64,000 nt of DNA from NCBI GenBank assembly GCA_001784805.1, contig MFSE01000021.1, positions 4,241 to 68,240 on the forward strand, written 5' to 3'. The position numbers and the translations under genes were made by a program. The notes under the pieces are model-generated. The model searched no databases, had not been told where the DNA came from, and worked only from the letters and a program-made list of their open reading frames with translations. The stretch is from Candidatus Moranbacteria bacterium RIFOXYA12_FULL_35_19 (GTDB taxonomy: Bacteria > Patescibacteriota > Minisyncoccia > Moranbacterales > UBA2206). How positions within the stretch are numbered: position 1 is the first letter of the stretch; the number at the start of each line of letters is the position of its first letter. Positions 37,524 through 47,332 of the stretch are shown here, in pieces.

Positions 37524-37598
37524 CAGAAAAATACAGAAAATAGCAGAACAACACAGAAAAATTCTGTGTCATTCTGTAGGATTCTGTGTAGCTCTGTG
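37522..37598. repeat. ACAGAA/TTCTGT degenerate inverted repeat
   Basis: ACAGAAAA units followed by TTCTGTG units, filling the nusG-rplK gap. Confidence 0.75.
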
Positions 37599-37606
37599 CA
37601 AATAAA

Positions 37607-38029
37607 ATGGCAAAGAAAATTAAGACAGTTATCAAGCTTCAAATTCAAGCGGGTAAAGCTAATCCGGCGCCTCCAGTTGGGCCAGCGTTAGGTCAACACG
37701 GATTAAATATCCAAGAATTTTGTGTTAAGTTTAATGAAGCGACCAAAGACAAAATGGGCGATATTATTCCAGCAGAAATTACGGTTTTTGAAGATCGAAC
37801 ATTTAGTTTTGTTTTGAAAACTCCTCCAGCTTCGGATCTTTTGCGAAAAGCGGCTGGCATTGAAAAAGGGGCGGGCAATCCTTTGAAAGATAAAGTGGGA
37901 ACAATTTCCAAAGCGAAACTGCGAGAAATAGCGGAAAAGAAAATGCCTGATCTAAATGCCGTGACAATCGAAGGCGCAGAAAAAATAATTGCTGGAACGG
38001 CGAGGAGTATGGGGATAAAAATTGAATAA
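37607..38029 (+). CDS. rplK: 50S ribosomal protein L11
   Basis: [31 protein letters not shown]. Confidence 0.99.
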   Translation: MAKKIKTVIKLQIQAGKANPAPPVGPALGQHGLNIQEFCVKFNEATKDKMGDIIPAEITVFEDRTFSFVLKTPPASDLLRKAAGIEKGAGNPLKDKVGTISKAKLREIAEKKMPDLNAVTIEGAEKIIAGTARSMGIKIE

Positions 38030-38033
38030 GCTC

Positions 38034-38125
38034 CTACAAAATTACAAAAACATACAAAAATACAAAAGTACAAAAAATTAGAATTTCGTAATTTTGTACT
38101 TTTGTAAAAATTTGTATTTTTGTAG
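38034..38125. repeat. TACAAA/TTTGTA degenerate inverted repeat
   Basis: Near-identical second copy at 38973-39065. Confidence 0.85.
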
Positions 38126-38144
38126 GGTTATAAATATTAATTAA

Positions 38145-38187
38145 GTGGGAGAATCTAACTGTTTTAAAAAAGATTCATTATTACCAC
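38145..38187 (+). promoter_or_regulatory. ribosomal protein L1-binding leader
   Basis: GTGGGAG-AATCT...AGATT-...ACCAC motif 10 nt upstream of the rplA start. Confidence 0.7.
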
Positions 38188-38197
38188 AGAAAACTAT

Positions 38198-38887
38198 ATG
38201 AAAAGAAGTAAAAAATATCGAGCAGTAGAAGAGAAAATTGACCGCAATAAAGTTTATTCTTTGGAAGAAGCGGTAAAGATTGTGAAAGAAAATAAAATTG
38301 CTAAGTTTGATGAGTCAATTGAAATTCACATAAAGACTAATGTTGACACAAAAAAAGGTGATCAGCAAATTCGTGGCACGGTGGAGCTTCCGCACGGAAC
38401 AGGAAAATCAAAAATAATCGCGGTGATCACTTCAACGCATGCTAAAGATGCCAAAGAGGCTGGTGCGGACATTGTCGAAGGCGAAGAATTTATCGAAAAG
38501 ATAAAATCCGGTAAAGCTTTTTCCGGTAAAGATAAATTTGATATTCTTGTGGCTACTCCCGAAATGATGCCAAAGTTGGCGCCTGTGGCCAAAATTCTTG
38601 GGCCAAAAGGTTTGATGCCAAATCCAAAAACTGAAACCGTAACCACTAAAATTAAGGAAACGGTCTTGGCTCTCAAAAAAGGCAAGGCAGCTTTCAAGAA
38701 TGATGATGGAGGTAACATTCATCAGACTGTGGGAAAAGTTTCTTTTGAGGATGCAAAATTAATTGAAAATATTAAAATTCTAATATCTAATATCGAAAAA
38801 TCTAAACCAGCAACTCTTAAAGGGAAACTAATTTCAGGAATAACTATTTGTTCAACGATGGGGGTAGGATTGAGAATTAGTATCTAG
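38198..38887 (+). CDS. rplA: 50S ribosomal protein L1
   Basis: KFDESIE, RGTVELPHGTGK, LGPKGLMPNPK, STMG. Confidence 0.98.
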   Translation: MKRSKKYRAVEEKIDRNKVYSLEEAVKIVKENKIAKFDESIEIHIKTNVDTKKGDQQIRGTVELPHGTGKSKIIAVITSTHAKDAKEAGADIVEGEEFIEKIKSGKAFSGKDKFDILVATPEMMPKLAPVAKILGPKGLMPNPKTETVTTKIKETVLALKKGKAAFKNDDGGNIHQTVGKVSFEDAKLIENIKILISNIEKSKPATLKGKLISGITICSTMGVGLRISI

Positions 38888-38972
38888 TATTTAGAACAAA
38901 GGGCACTATTTAGTGCTTTTTGTATTGACGAAAAACAATAAAACTGATAGAATTATTAGGTGTTTTTATCCA

Positions 38973-39065
38973 CTACAAAATTACAAAAACATACAAAAAT
39001 ACAAAAGTACAAAAAAGTAGAATTTTGTAATTTCGTAATTTTGTAAAAATTTGTATTTTTGTAGG
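38973..39065. repeat. TACAAA/TTTGTA degenerate inverted repeat (second copy)
   Basis: Matches 38034-38125; ends about 10 nt before ATG 39075. Confidence 0.85.
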
Positions 39066-39074
39066 TTCACAATT

Positions 39075-39641
39075 ATGTCAAGCAAAATAGTTATAGGGCT
39101 TATAGGAGAAAAAGGTTCTGGGAAAGGTACTGTTTCGGATTATCTGATTGAAAAATATGGCGCGATTCATTATGGAACTTCCAAGATTCTGCGGCGCACT
39201 TTGGAGGATTTACATGTTCCTGTCACTCGGGATAATTTAGTGAAACTTGCATTAGTGCTCAAGGAAGGTTATGGTCCGTCAATCATTATCGATTCTTTGA
39301 TAACGGATATGGAAAAAAATGGATCAGATATTATTATTGCCGATGGAATCAGAATGCACGGCGATGTCGAACCTTTTCGCAAAAAATACAAAAGGAATTT
39401 CTTTTTAGTTTATGTGACTGCTGATTTGAAATTGCGTTACGCGCGAACGAAAAAAAGAAAAGAAAAAGATGGAGAGGATAAAACTACTTTCGAGCAATTT
39501 CTTGAAGAGGAAGGCAAGCTTACCGAAGTTTCTATTCATGAAATTGGAAGAAGCGCAGAATTCAAAATGAATAACAACGGTACAGCCGAAGAACTCAAGG
39601 CGCAAGTGGATAAAATGATAAAAAAGATAAAAACTCACTAA
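39075..39641 (+). CDS. P-loop nucleotide kinase (dephospho-CoA/NMP kinase-like)
   Basis: IGLIGEKGSGKGT, DGIR, RYAR...R, NNGT. Confidence 0.8.
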   Translation: MSSKIVIGLIGEKGSGKGTVSDYLIEKYGAIHYGTSKILRRTLEDLHVPVTRDNLVKLALVLKEGYGPSIIIDSLITDMEKNGSDIIIADGIRMHGDVEPFRKKYKRNFFLVYVTADLKLRYARTKKRKEKDGEDKTTFEQFLEEEGKLTEVSIHEIGRSAEFKMNNNGTAEELKAQVDKMIKKIKTH

Positions 39642-39792
39642 TTCTAGCTAAGCAAAAGCTAAAAAAAGTGGGTAAAGCATTAAAATAATAAAGAATAAAT
39701 TAAGGCAAATGTCAAATTTGCTTTTTTTTGACGAACATTTTTTTAGGTGATAATATGAATAAAGAGTTCTCTTTATTTTTTCACTTTAACCA

Positions 39793-40317
39793 ATGGAATA
39801 TGAGGAGGGGAATATGAAGGATATTCTTTGTCCAAGAGAAAAAATAATATTAAGCCCAAGTGAATTGAAGCATAAGCTGGATTTTTTTAGAAAACTTGGA
39901 GCGAAAATTTGTTTAACAACTGGGGCGTTTGATATCCTTCATGAAGGACATCTGAAGTATTTTCTTGAAGCTAAAAAATACGGAGATGCTCTTGTTGTGG
40001 GGGTTGATTCAGACATTTTTGTAAAAAAACAAAAAGGAGAAGGGAGGCCAGTTAATAAACAGGAGAATAGAGAATTTGTTGTGGCTGGATTTGGGTGTGT
40101 GGATTTAGTCACAAGAAGAGATGATATTATGGATTTGATACGAATAATTAGGCCAGATTATTTTATCAGATCTAAAACCACAGCAGCTGATATTGAAGGA
40201 AGGCAGGATTGTGTTTGGGTAAAAGAAAATTGCGGGCAAGTAATTATTCTTGACCCAATGTCAGAAAATCACACCTCTCGGATTATTGAAATTGTGCAGA
40301 GGAGCAAAGGGGTATAG
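39793..40317 (+). CDS. cytidyltransferase-like protein (RfaE domain II type)
   Basis: GAFDILHEGH, VGVDSD, KGEGRP, HTSRII. Confidence 0.85.
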   Translation: MEYEEGNMKDILCPREKIILSPSELKHKLDFFRKLGAKICLTTGAFDILHEGHLKYFLEAKKYGDALVVGVDSDIFVKKQKGEGRPVNKQENREFVVAGFGCVDLVTRRDDIMDLIRIIRPDYFIRSKTTAADIEGRQDCVWVKENCGQVIILDPMSENHTSRIIEIVQRSKGV

Positions 40318-40356
40318 GGGAGCTTAAATATTTAAGCTCCCCAACCAACATAATTT

Positions 40357-40836
40357 ATGAAAATATTTGAACCAAGCAGAGCTATTTACAGAAAAAAAAC
40401 AAGTAGAATTAAAATTTGTGAATTTTGTAATTTAAAAAATATAAAAAAACAAGAAAGTAAATTTCTATCGGGGAAATACTGGAGAGTTTTAGTCAACCTG
40501 TATCCATATATGGATGGAAATTTAATGCTTATTCCCAAAAGACATATTATAGATACGAACGAACTGAATAGCGACGAAAAGGCGGAATTTTTTGAAGTTT
40601 TAGAAAAGACAAAAAATAAACTAGGGAAAATATTTAAGACAAAAGATTTTAATATTGGTTTGAATTTAGGTAGAAATGCAGGTGCATCAATCGAGCATTT
40701 GCATTGGCAAATAATTCCTAGAAAGTTTAAAATTGAAAATGCGAGTAACATTTTCGCTGATATTCAAATTATGACGATGCTCCCAGGGGAGTTTAAAAAA
40801 ATATTAGATGCAGAAATTAATTTAAGAAATAATTAA
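40357..40836 (+). CDS. HIT family nucleotide hydrolase/phosphorylase
   Basis: CEFC, NLYPY, NLGRNAGASIEHLHWQIIPR. Confidence 0.88.
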   Translation: MKIFEPSRAIYRKKTSRIKICEFCNLKNIKKQESKFLSGKYWRVLVNLYPYMDGNLMLIPKRHIIDTNELNSDEKAEFFEVLEKTKNKLGKIFKTKDFNIGLNLGRNAGASIEHLHWQIIPRKFKIENASNIFADIQIMTMLPGEFKKILDAEINLRNN

Positions 40837-40847
40837 TAAATAAAAAT

Positions 40848-41402
40848 ATGGTAGATAAAAACAACCCGAAAACAAAAAGAACGAGTTGGGACGAAACTTT
40901 TATAAATTTGGCTATTATGGTTTCAAAAAGAGCCGCTTGTAAATTTCATGAAACAGGTTGTGTTTTTGTGGACAATAATCACAGGATTATTTCTATGGGA
41001 TATAACGGTCCGACTGAAGGAGATTATCATTGTATTGATGTTGGATGTGCCAAAATAGATGGTGATCCAAAAACTAAAAAACTCAAAAGATGTCGAGGGG
41101 CGCATGCTGAAATTAATGGAATAATAAATGCTCAAGATAGTCGAAGATTAAAAGGCGCTACTTTATATAGCGTCTTATCTCCTTGCTATGATTGTATGAA
41201 AGCGCTCAATAATGTTGGAATTAAGGAGATTGTTTATTATAAAGGTTATGAAAGAATTCAGACAGGCGGGGAAAAGAAAGAAGAAGAAGATGAATCTCTT
41301 GAATTAGCTGAGAAAAGAGGAATAAAAATTAGGAAATATGAAGGCAGAGTACTTTTAAAAGAGGATAATGTAGGAAATTCATGCGTTTGCCCTAATTGTT
41401 AA
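40848..41402 (+). CDS. dCMP deaminase family protein
   Basis: SWDE, GYNG, HAEIN, PCYDC. Confidence 0.93.
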   Translation: MVDKNNPKTKRTSWDETFINLAIMVSKRAACKFHETGCVFVDNNHRIISMGYNGPTEGDYHCIDVGCAKIDGDPKTKKLKRCRGAHAEINGIINAQDSRRLKGATLYSVLSPCYDCMKALNNVGIKEIVYYKGYERIQTGGEKKEEEDESLELAEKRGIKIRKYEGRVLLKEDNVGNSCVCPNC

Positions 41403-41423
41403 TTTAATTTAATTTAATTTTTT

Positions 41424-42422
41424 ATGGAACAAAATAAAAAACATCCAGAATATCAATATTTAGATTTAATGCGTGACTTAATTGATCATGGAGCAGAGCA
41501 AGTTGATGCTGGAACCGGAGTTAAGACCTATAGTTTATTTGGTAGACAGTTACGCTTTGATTTGAATGAGGGTTTCCCATTATTAACAACAAAAAAAGTT
41601 TTTTGGAAAGGTGTTCTGTATGAACTCTATTGGTTTGCATCAGGACAATCTAATATAAAATATTTAGTAAATAATAATATCCATATTTGGGATGATTATC
41701 CTTTTAGAATTTATATGGAAAAAATGGAAAAGGGCGAGGAGCCAGAAATGACAAAAGATGAGTTTATAGAAAAAATAGCTAAGGATGATGAATTTGCAAA
41801 AAAACATGGAAATTTACCACATGTTTATGGAGATATGTGGAGAAATTGGCCGGCAAAAAATGGAAGAAAAATTGACCAGCTACAATGGATGATTGATAAT
41901 GTCAGAAAAGATAAAAGCACACATAGTGCACTTCTAAATGTTTGGAATCCAGAATATTTATATGATATGGCATTAAAAGAGGAAGCTTGCAGATTCCCAA
42001 TTTGTCACAATATGTTTCAAATTAATGTAAATAATGGGAAATTATCCTTACAACTTTATCAAAGAACAGCTGATATTTTTCTTGGAGTACCTTTTAATAT
42101 CGCCAGTTATGCTCTTTTGGCAATGATTATTGCCCAAATAACCGGATATGAATTAGGTGAATTTATTCATACATTTGGTGATGTTCATATTTATGAAGAT
42201 CATTTTGCTGCCGCCAGAGAACAACTCGAAAGAGACCCTCGTAATTTTCCTAAAGTAAAAATTGATTCATCTATTAAAGAAATTGATGATTTTACTCCTG
42301 ATAAAGTAGAGCTTATTAATTATGATTCCCACGAATCTATAAAAGCACCTCTTTCTCCAACTGGAGGAATTGTTACAGATAGCTGGAAAAAATTTGTTCA
42401 AGATGCTAAAAATAAAAAATAA
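41424..42422 (+). CDS. thyA: thymidylate synthase
   Basis: FPLLTTKKV, PICH, YQRTADIFLGVPFNIASY, GDVHIY. Confidence 0.97.
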   Translation: MEQNKKHPEYQYLDLMRDLIDHGAEQVDAGTGVKTYSLFGRQLRFDLNEGFPLLTTKKVFWKGVLYELYWFASGQSNIKYLVNNNIHIWDDYPFRIYMEKMEKGEEPEMTKDEFIEKIAKDDEFAKKHGNLPHVYGDMWRNWPAKNGRKIDQLQWMIDNVRKDKSTHSALLNVWNPEYLYDMALKEEACRFPICHNMFQINVNNGKLSLQLYQRTADIFLGVPFNIASYALLAMIIAQITGYELGEFIHTFGDVHIYEDHFAAAREQLERDPRNFPKVKIDSSIKEIDDFTPDKVELINYDSHESIKAPLSPTGGIVTDSWKKFVQDAKNKK

Positions 42423-42425
42423 ATT

Positions 42426-42896
42426 ATGATTTCAATGATTTGTGCGATTGGAAAAAATCGCGAAATAGGTTTTCGGAATAAGTTACTTTGGAATTTACCG
42501 GAAGATATGAAACATTTTGTTCAAGTTACTTCTAATCATACCGTGATTATGGGTGAAAAAACTTTTCAATCTATTGGAAAACCGTTGCCTAATAGAAAGA
42601 ATATTGTTGTGAGTTTGAGCAAAGATTTTCAAGCACCAGGCTGTGAGATTAGCAATGATCTTTTCGCGGTTCTGAATAAATATAAAAATGTTGAAGAAGA
42701 AGTTTTTGTTATCGGTGGCGGAATGATTTATAAGTTATCTTTACCTATGGCGGATAAATTATATTTAACATTAGTAGATGATGCTCCAGAAGCTGACACA
42801 TTTTTTCCAGATTATTCGGAATTTAGGAATATTTTAAAAAAAGAAGAAATTAATAATGGAAAATATAAATTTAAATTTATAGAATTAATAAAATAA
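42426..42896 (+). CDS. folA: dihydrofolate reductase
   Basis: WNLPEDMKHF, VIMG, PLPNRKNIV, VIGGG, DTFFP. Confidence 0.97.
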   Translation: MISMICAIGKNREIGFRNKLLWNLPEDMKHFVQVTSNHTVIMGEKTFQSIGKPLPNRKNIVVSLSKDFQAPGCEISNDLFAVLNKYKNVEEEVFVIGGGMIYKLSLPMADKLYLTLVDDAPEADTFFPDYSEFRNILKKEEINNGKYKFKFIELIK

Positions 42897-42903
42897 AAAA
42901 ATT

Positions 42904-43572
42904 ATGAAATACGAAGTTGAAATTAAAAGTCTTTTACAGACAGAAGAAAATGCTCAAAAACTTAGAGATAAGTTAGCTGAGCAAGGTATTAAGTTATCAA
43001 ATAAATATAAGCAGCTGAATCATTATTTTTTGAATGACGGAGATTTTTCTAAATTAGAAGAAAAGCTTTTGTCGCTCTTTGATAATGAGAAAAAAGAAAA
43101 ATTAAAAAAAATATTAGAAGAAGGAAAAGAACATTCACTTAGAACTAGAGAAATGAATGGAGAAGCTTTTTTTGTAGTCAAAGCTTCTGTCGATGACACA
43201 ACTTCATCGAATGGAATTTTGCGAATGGAGTTTGAAGAAGGAGTGGAAATTTCCTTGGACGAGCTAAACAAAATTTTGGAAGATGCGGGTTTTAGTTATC
43301 AAGCTAAGTGGTCTCGAGAAAGAGAAGAATACGGGAAAGATGATTTCTATATTACGATTGATAAAAATGCAGGATACGGTTATCTTTCAGAATTTGAAAT
43401 TCAAACAGAAGTGCAAGAAAAATTAGATGAAACAAAACAAAAAATTATGGATTTTATGGGGGAACTTGGACTTAAAGAACTTTCTCAAGATAGGCTTGAG
43501 CGAATGTTTGAGTTTTACAATAAGAATTGGCGAGATTATTATGGGACAGAAAAAGTTTTTAATATAGAATAA
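42904..43572 (+). CDS. CYTH domain protein
   Basis: N-terminal EVEIK (ExExK) motif, acidic EFE motifs. Confidence 0.8.
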   Translation: MKYEVEIKSLLQTEENAQKLRDKLAEQGIKLSNKYKQLNHYFLNDGDFSKLEEKLLSLFDNEKKEKLKKILEEGKEHSLRTREMNGEAFFVVKASVDDTTSSNGILRMEFEEGVEISLDELNKILEDAGFSYQAKWSREREEYGKDDFYITIDKNAGYGYLSEFEIQTEVQEKLDETKQKIMDFMGELGLKELSQDRLERMFEFYNKNWRDYYGTEKVFNIE

Positions 43573-43635
43573 GAGAAGAGTTAGAAAATAATTATTAGAG
43601 ATATTTGTGCTATATTAGTGCAAATTAGCGATCCT

Positions 43636-45102
43636 ATGAAGTATACTCCCGTTATCGGCATGGAAATCCATGTTGAGCTAAAAACTAAATCGAAAATGTT
43701 TTGTCAGTGTAAAAATGGTTTGGGGCTTGAAAAAAAGCCAAATATTGATATTTGTCCTGTTTGTACGGCGCAACCAGGAACACTGCCGGTGCCAAACATT
43801 CAAGCAATTGAATTTGTTCAGTTGGCTGGTTTGGCGTTGGGTTGCAATTTGCGTCAAATTTCAAAGTTTGATCGTAAGAACTATTTTTATCCGGATATTC
43901 CCAAGGGCTATCAAATTTCTCAATATGATCAACCATTCTGCGAAAAAGGAAAATTGAAAATAAATGACAAAGAAATTGGGATCACTCGCATTCATCTCGA
44001 AGAAGACACGGGAAAATTAATTCATCCAAAAGGAGTAGAATATACTCTAGTGGATTTTAATCGGGCGGGAGTACCACTGATGGAGCTGGTGACGGAACCA
44101 GACATTGAAACGGGCGAAGAAGCGCGAATTTTTTGTCAAAAATTGCAACAGATTTGTCGCTATTTGGAAATTTCTGATGCCGACATGGAAAAAGGTAATA
44201 TGCGTTGTGAAGCCAATATTTCACTTTATAAAGAAGGTGAGGAAAAATTATCAGGTACGAAAGTGGAAGTGAAAAATATCAATTCATTTAAGTTTGTGGA
44301 AAAAGCCATCAATTTTGAAATAGAAAGGCAAACAGAACTTTTGGATAAAGGTGAGAAGATTGTTCAAGAAACTCGCGGATGGGATGCGAACAAGGGCGAA
44401 ACAATTTCGCAGCGAAAAAAAGAATCGGCGCATGACTATCGCTATTTTCCGGAACCAGATATTCCGCCGTTTAGTTTCGATGAAGAATATATAAATGATC
44501 TAAAAAGAAAATTACCAGAATTGCCGGCGCAAAAAGAAGAAAGATTTCGAAAGGAATATAATCTTCCCGCAGGCGATGTGGATGTTTTAACGAATGATAA
44601 AGATTTGGCTGAATATTTCGAACAAGTCGTAAGTGAGATTAAAGAAAAGATAAAATGTAAAGAATATGAATGTGTTGAAGACAAAGCAATAAAATTATCC
44701 GCTAATTATGTGATAACAGAGCTTAGAAAATATATGGTTTTGGAAAATCACAAAATTCAAGATCTGAAAATTACGCCAGAAAATTATGCGGAACTAATTT
44801 GTATTGTCGCAGGGGGAAAAATAAATTCCAGCGCGGCGCAAGCAGTGCTTGCCGAAATGTATAAAACAGGAGGGGACCCCTCACAAATTATCGAAGAAAA
44901 AAATTTGGCGCAAATGGATAATTCAGAAGAGCTGGAAAAAGTTATTGATGAATTATTGGCTAAAAATGAAAAATCAGTCGCTGATTTCAAGTCCGGCAAG
45001 GAAAACGCACTAAAATTTTTAATTGGGCAAACTATGGCGATGACAAAAGGCAAAGCTAATCCGCAAATAGTGCAGGAAATAATTAAGAAAAAACTAATTT
45101 AA
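43636..45102 (+). CDS. gatB: Asp/Glu-tRNA amidotransferase subunit B
   Basis: IGMEIHVEL, FDRKNYFYPD, DFNRAGVPLMELVTEP, DYRYFPEPD. Confidence 0.98.
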   Translation: MKYTPVIGMEIHVELKTKSKMFCQCKNGLGLEKKPNIDICPVCTAQPGTLPVPNIQAIEFVQLAGLALGCNLRQISKFDRKNYFYPDIPKGYQISQYDQPFCEKGKLKINDKEIGITRIHLEEDTGKLIHPKGVEYTLVDFNRAGVPLMELVTEPDIETGEEARIFCQKLQQICRYLEISDADMEKGNMRCEANISLYKEGEEKLSGTKVEVKNINSFKFVEKAINFEIERQTELLDKGEKIVQETRGWDANKGETISQRKKESAHDYRYFPEPDIPPFSFDEEYINDLKRKLPELPAQKEERFRKEYNLPAGDVDVLTNDKDLAEYFEQVVSEIKEKIKCKEYECVEDKAIKLSANYVITELRKYMVLENHKIQDLKITPENYAELICIVAGGKINSSAAQAVLAEMYKTGGDPSQIIEEKNLAQMDNSEELEKVIDELLAKNEKSVADFKSGKENALKFLIGQTMAMTKGKANPQIVQEIIKKKLI

Positions 45103-46110
45103 AAACTTTTTCACTTCTTTTTCTACATCCTTGTATTTCGGAAGCCAAATTATTCTTTTGTCTTTTTGAAACCAAGTCATTTGGCGCTTGGCGTAATTTT
45201 TTTCGGCGAGATAAATTTGTTCAAATAGTTCCCTGTTAAATACGGCTTCGCCTGTTTCGCTTCGCTCAAATTTAACAGGGTAAACCTCTTTGCGTAAATA
45301 TTCCGAGATTATCTTATAACCTAAACCGAAACTTTCCAATCTTTTCCAGCTGATTTTATTTTCGAAATGTAATTTTTTAACTTCCTTGATCATGCCTGCG
45401 AAGAATCTTTGCTTCAATCTTTTTTGGATATTCTGATAAAGTTTTTCTTTGGGGAGGTTGATTCCTATTTGTAGTGTTTCGTACTTTCGTTTATTTCGTA
45501 GTTCGTAAATGCTAGGGATTTTGCCGATACTTTTACAAATTTCAATAGCGCGAATGAGACGGACTGGATTTTTGGCGTCAATATTTTTTGCGCGAACCGA
45601 ATCTAATTTTTTTAGCATCTGGAATAATTTTTTGGCTGAATAATTATGTAATTTATTACGTAATTCCCAATCTGGTGCAACTTCTGGATAAATGACATTA
45701 TCAACCAGTGCTTTTATCCAAAAGCCGGTGCCACCACAAATAATCGGGATTTTCTCGCGCCCTAGAATATCTTTGATTATTTTGTCAGCATACTTTTTGA
45801 ATTTAGCCGAATTATATTCGGTCTTTGGACTTATAATGTCAATACCGTAATGAGGAATTCTTTCTGAGTAAAAAGTTCCCCCCTCTCTGTCGCGAGTACG
45901 CGACATCTCTCCCAAAGGGAGAGAGGGATATGAATTATCTTTTTCAATTTTTCCAGTACCAACATTCATGCCACGATAAATTTGGCGAGAATCCGCACTA
46001 ATTATTTCTCCGTTAAATTTTTTGGCAAGTTTAATTGCCACAGCTGATTTGCCAGATGAGGTTGGACCGAGAATAACAATTATTTTATTGTTTGCATAAG
46101 ATTCGCGCAT
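45094..46110 (-). CDS. miaA: tRNA dimethylallyltransferase with in-frame palindromic inserts
   Basis: GPTSSGKS, IISADSRQIY, GGTG, YAKRQMTWF. Confidence 0.96.
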   Translation of the reverse strand: MRESYANNKIIVILGPTSSGKSAVAIKLAKKFNGEIISADSRQIYRGMNVGTGKIEKDNSYPSLPLGEMSRTRDREGGTFYSERIPHYGIDIISPKTEYNSAKFKKYADKIIKDILGREKIPIICGGTGFWIKALVDNVIYPEVAPDWELRNKLHNYSAKKLFQMLKKLDSVRAKNIDAKNPVRLIRAIEICKSIGKIPSIYELRNKRKYETLQIGINLPKEKLYQNIQKRLKQRFFAGMIKEVKKLHFENKISWKRLESFGLGYKIISEYLRKEVYPVKFERSETGEAVFNRELFEQIYLAEKNYAKRQMTWFQKDKRIIWLPKYKDVEKEVKKFLN

Positions 46111-46115
46111 TTGTA

Positions 46116-47258
46116 TTATAATAAATTTCGTAAAACTTTTTCTCTTCTTTTTTTCTCATCCCAGGAAATTGGGTCGCCTAATTTATAGGCAGTGGTTCCG
46201 GGGCGAGGGGAATATTTATTGATGTAGGCTTCGTTAAATTGCACTTTTTTAAAAACTTTGACTGATTCCTGAAAATCTTTTTCAGTTTCACTAGGAAAGC
46301 CAACAATTACATCAGTGGTAAAACTCACGCTGGGGATTATTTTTTGCGCTTTTTTAATTAAATCTAGATAATGTTTTTGGGTGTATGGCCGATTCATGGC
46401 TTTCAAAATTTTGTTGCTTCCAGATTGAATGGGCAGATGAATTTCTCGGGAAATATTTTTATTTTTGGCAATTACTTTCATTAACTTTTCGGAAAAGTCT
46501 TTAGGGTGAGAAGTCAAGAATTTAAATTTAATTTCAGGAAAAGATTGAGCGAGGGAATTAAGAAGTTTCGGAAAATTATAATTACCCGCCTCATCGGCGG
46601 ATGAATTCTTATCGATAAATCGATAAGAATTCACATTCTGTCCCAACAAAATTATTTCTTTGCAATTTTTTTTCGCTAGATTTTTAATTTCTTTTAAAAT
46701 ATCTTGAATTGGTCTTGAAATTTCTCGACCTCGGGCATAAGGCACGACGCAGTATGAGCAGAAATTATTGCAGCCAGTCATAATGGGGATATAGGCGGTG
46801 TGTTGGTTGGTGTATTTTGGGATAATAGTTAGATAATTGTCATTGCGAGGGAGCGTAGCGACCGTGGCAATCTCATTCTTAGCAATATTTTGCTTAATAT
46901 TTCGAGATTGCTTCGCTATGCTCGCAATGACATCAGGAAAATCCTTTATCTCGCAAAATAAATCAACTTTATCTTTTAATCTTCTCTGCACATCTTTTCG
47001 ATTAGCAAGGCAACCCGTAAGAATTATAAGTGGTTTTTTTGTTTCATGCTTCATGTTGCGTGCTACATGAATATTATGTATTTGCCCATAAACACGATCC
47101 TCCGCCATTTGTCGCACACCGCAAGTATTGAAAATAACCAAATCAGCTTTGTTTATTTCTTTTGTCGGTTTAATTTTTTGCGATTCTAAAAAGCCTGCAA
47201 TTCGCTCGGAATCACTCTCGTTCATTTGACAACCGAAGGTTTTAATGTAATAATTCAT
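46116..47258 (-). CDS. miaB: tRNA methylthiotransferase MiaB family (no TRAM domain; in-frame inserts)
   Basis: TFGCQMNESDSE, NTC, CNNFCSYC radical-SAM motif, LLGQNVNSY, YSPRPGT. Confidence 0.9.
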   Translation of the reverse strand: MNYYIKTFGCQMNESDSERIAGFLESQKIKPTKEINKADLVIFNTCGVRQMAEDRVYGQIHNIHVARNMKHETKKPLIILTGCLANRKDVQRRLKDKVDLFCEIKDFPDVIASIAKQSRNIKQNIAKNEIATVATLPRNDNYLTIIPKYTNQHTAYIPIMTGCNNFCSYCVVPYARGREISRPIQDILKEIKNLAKKNCKEIILLGQNVNSYRFIDKNSSADEAGNYNFPKLLNSLAQSFPEIKFKFLTSHPKDFSEKLMKVIAKNKNISREIHLPIQSGSNKILKAMNRPYTQKHYLDLIKKAQKIIPSVSFTTDVIVGFPSETEKDFQESVKVFKKVQFNEAYINKYSPRPGTTAYKLGDPISWDEKKRREKVLRNLL

Positions 47259-47332
47259 TTTCTAGTTCTTAAGAAGATAGTACTCTAAATAGAGTACTAA
47301 AATATAAACATTTAGGCAACAAGGAGGAGGAT

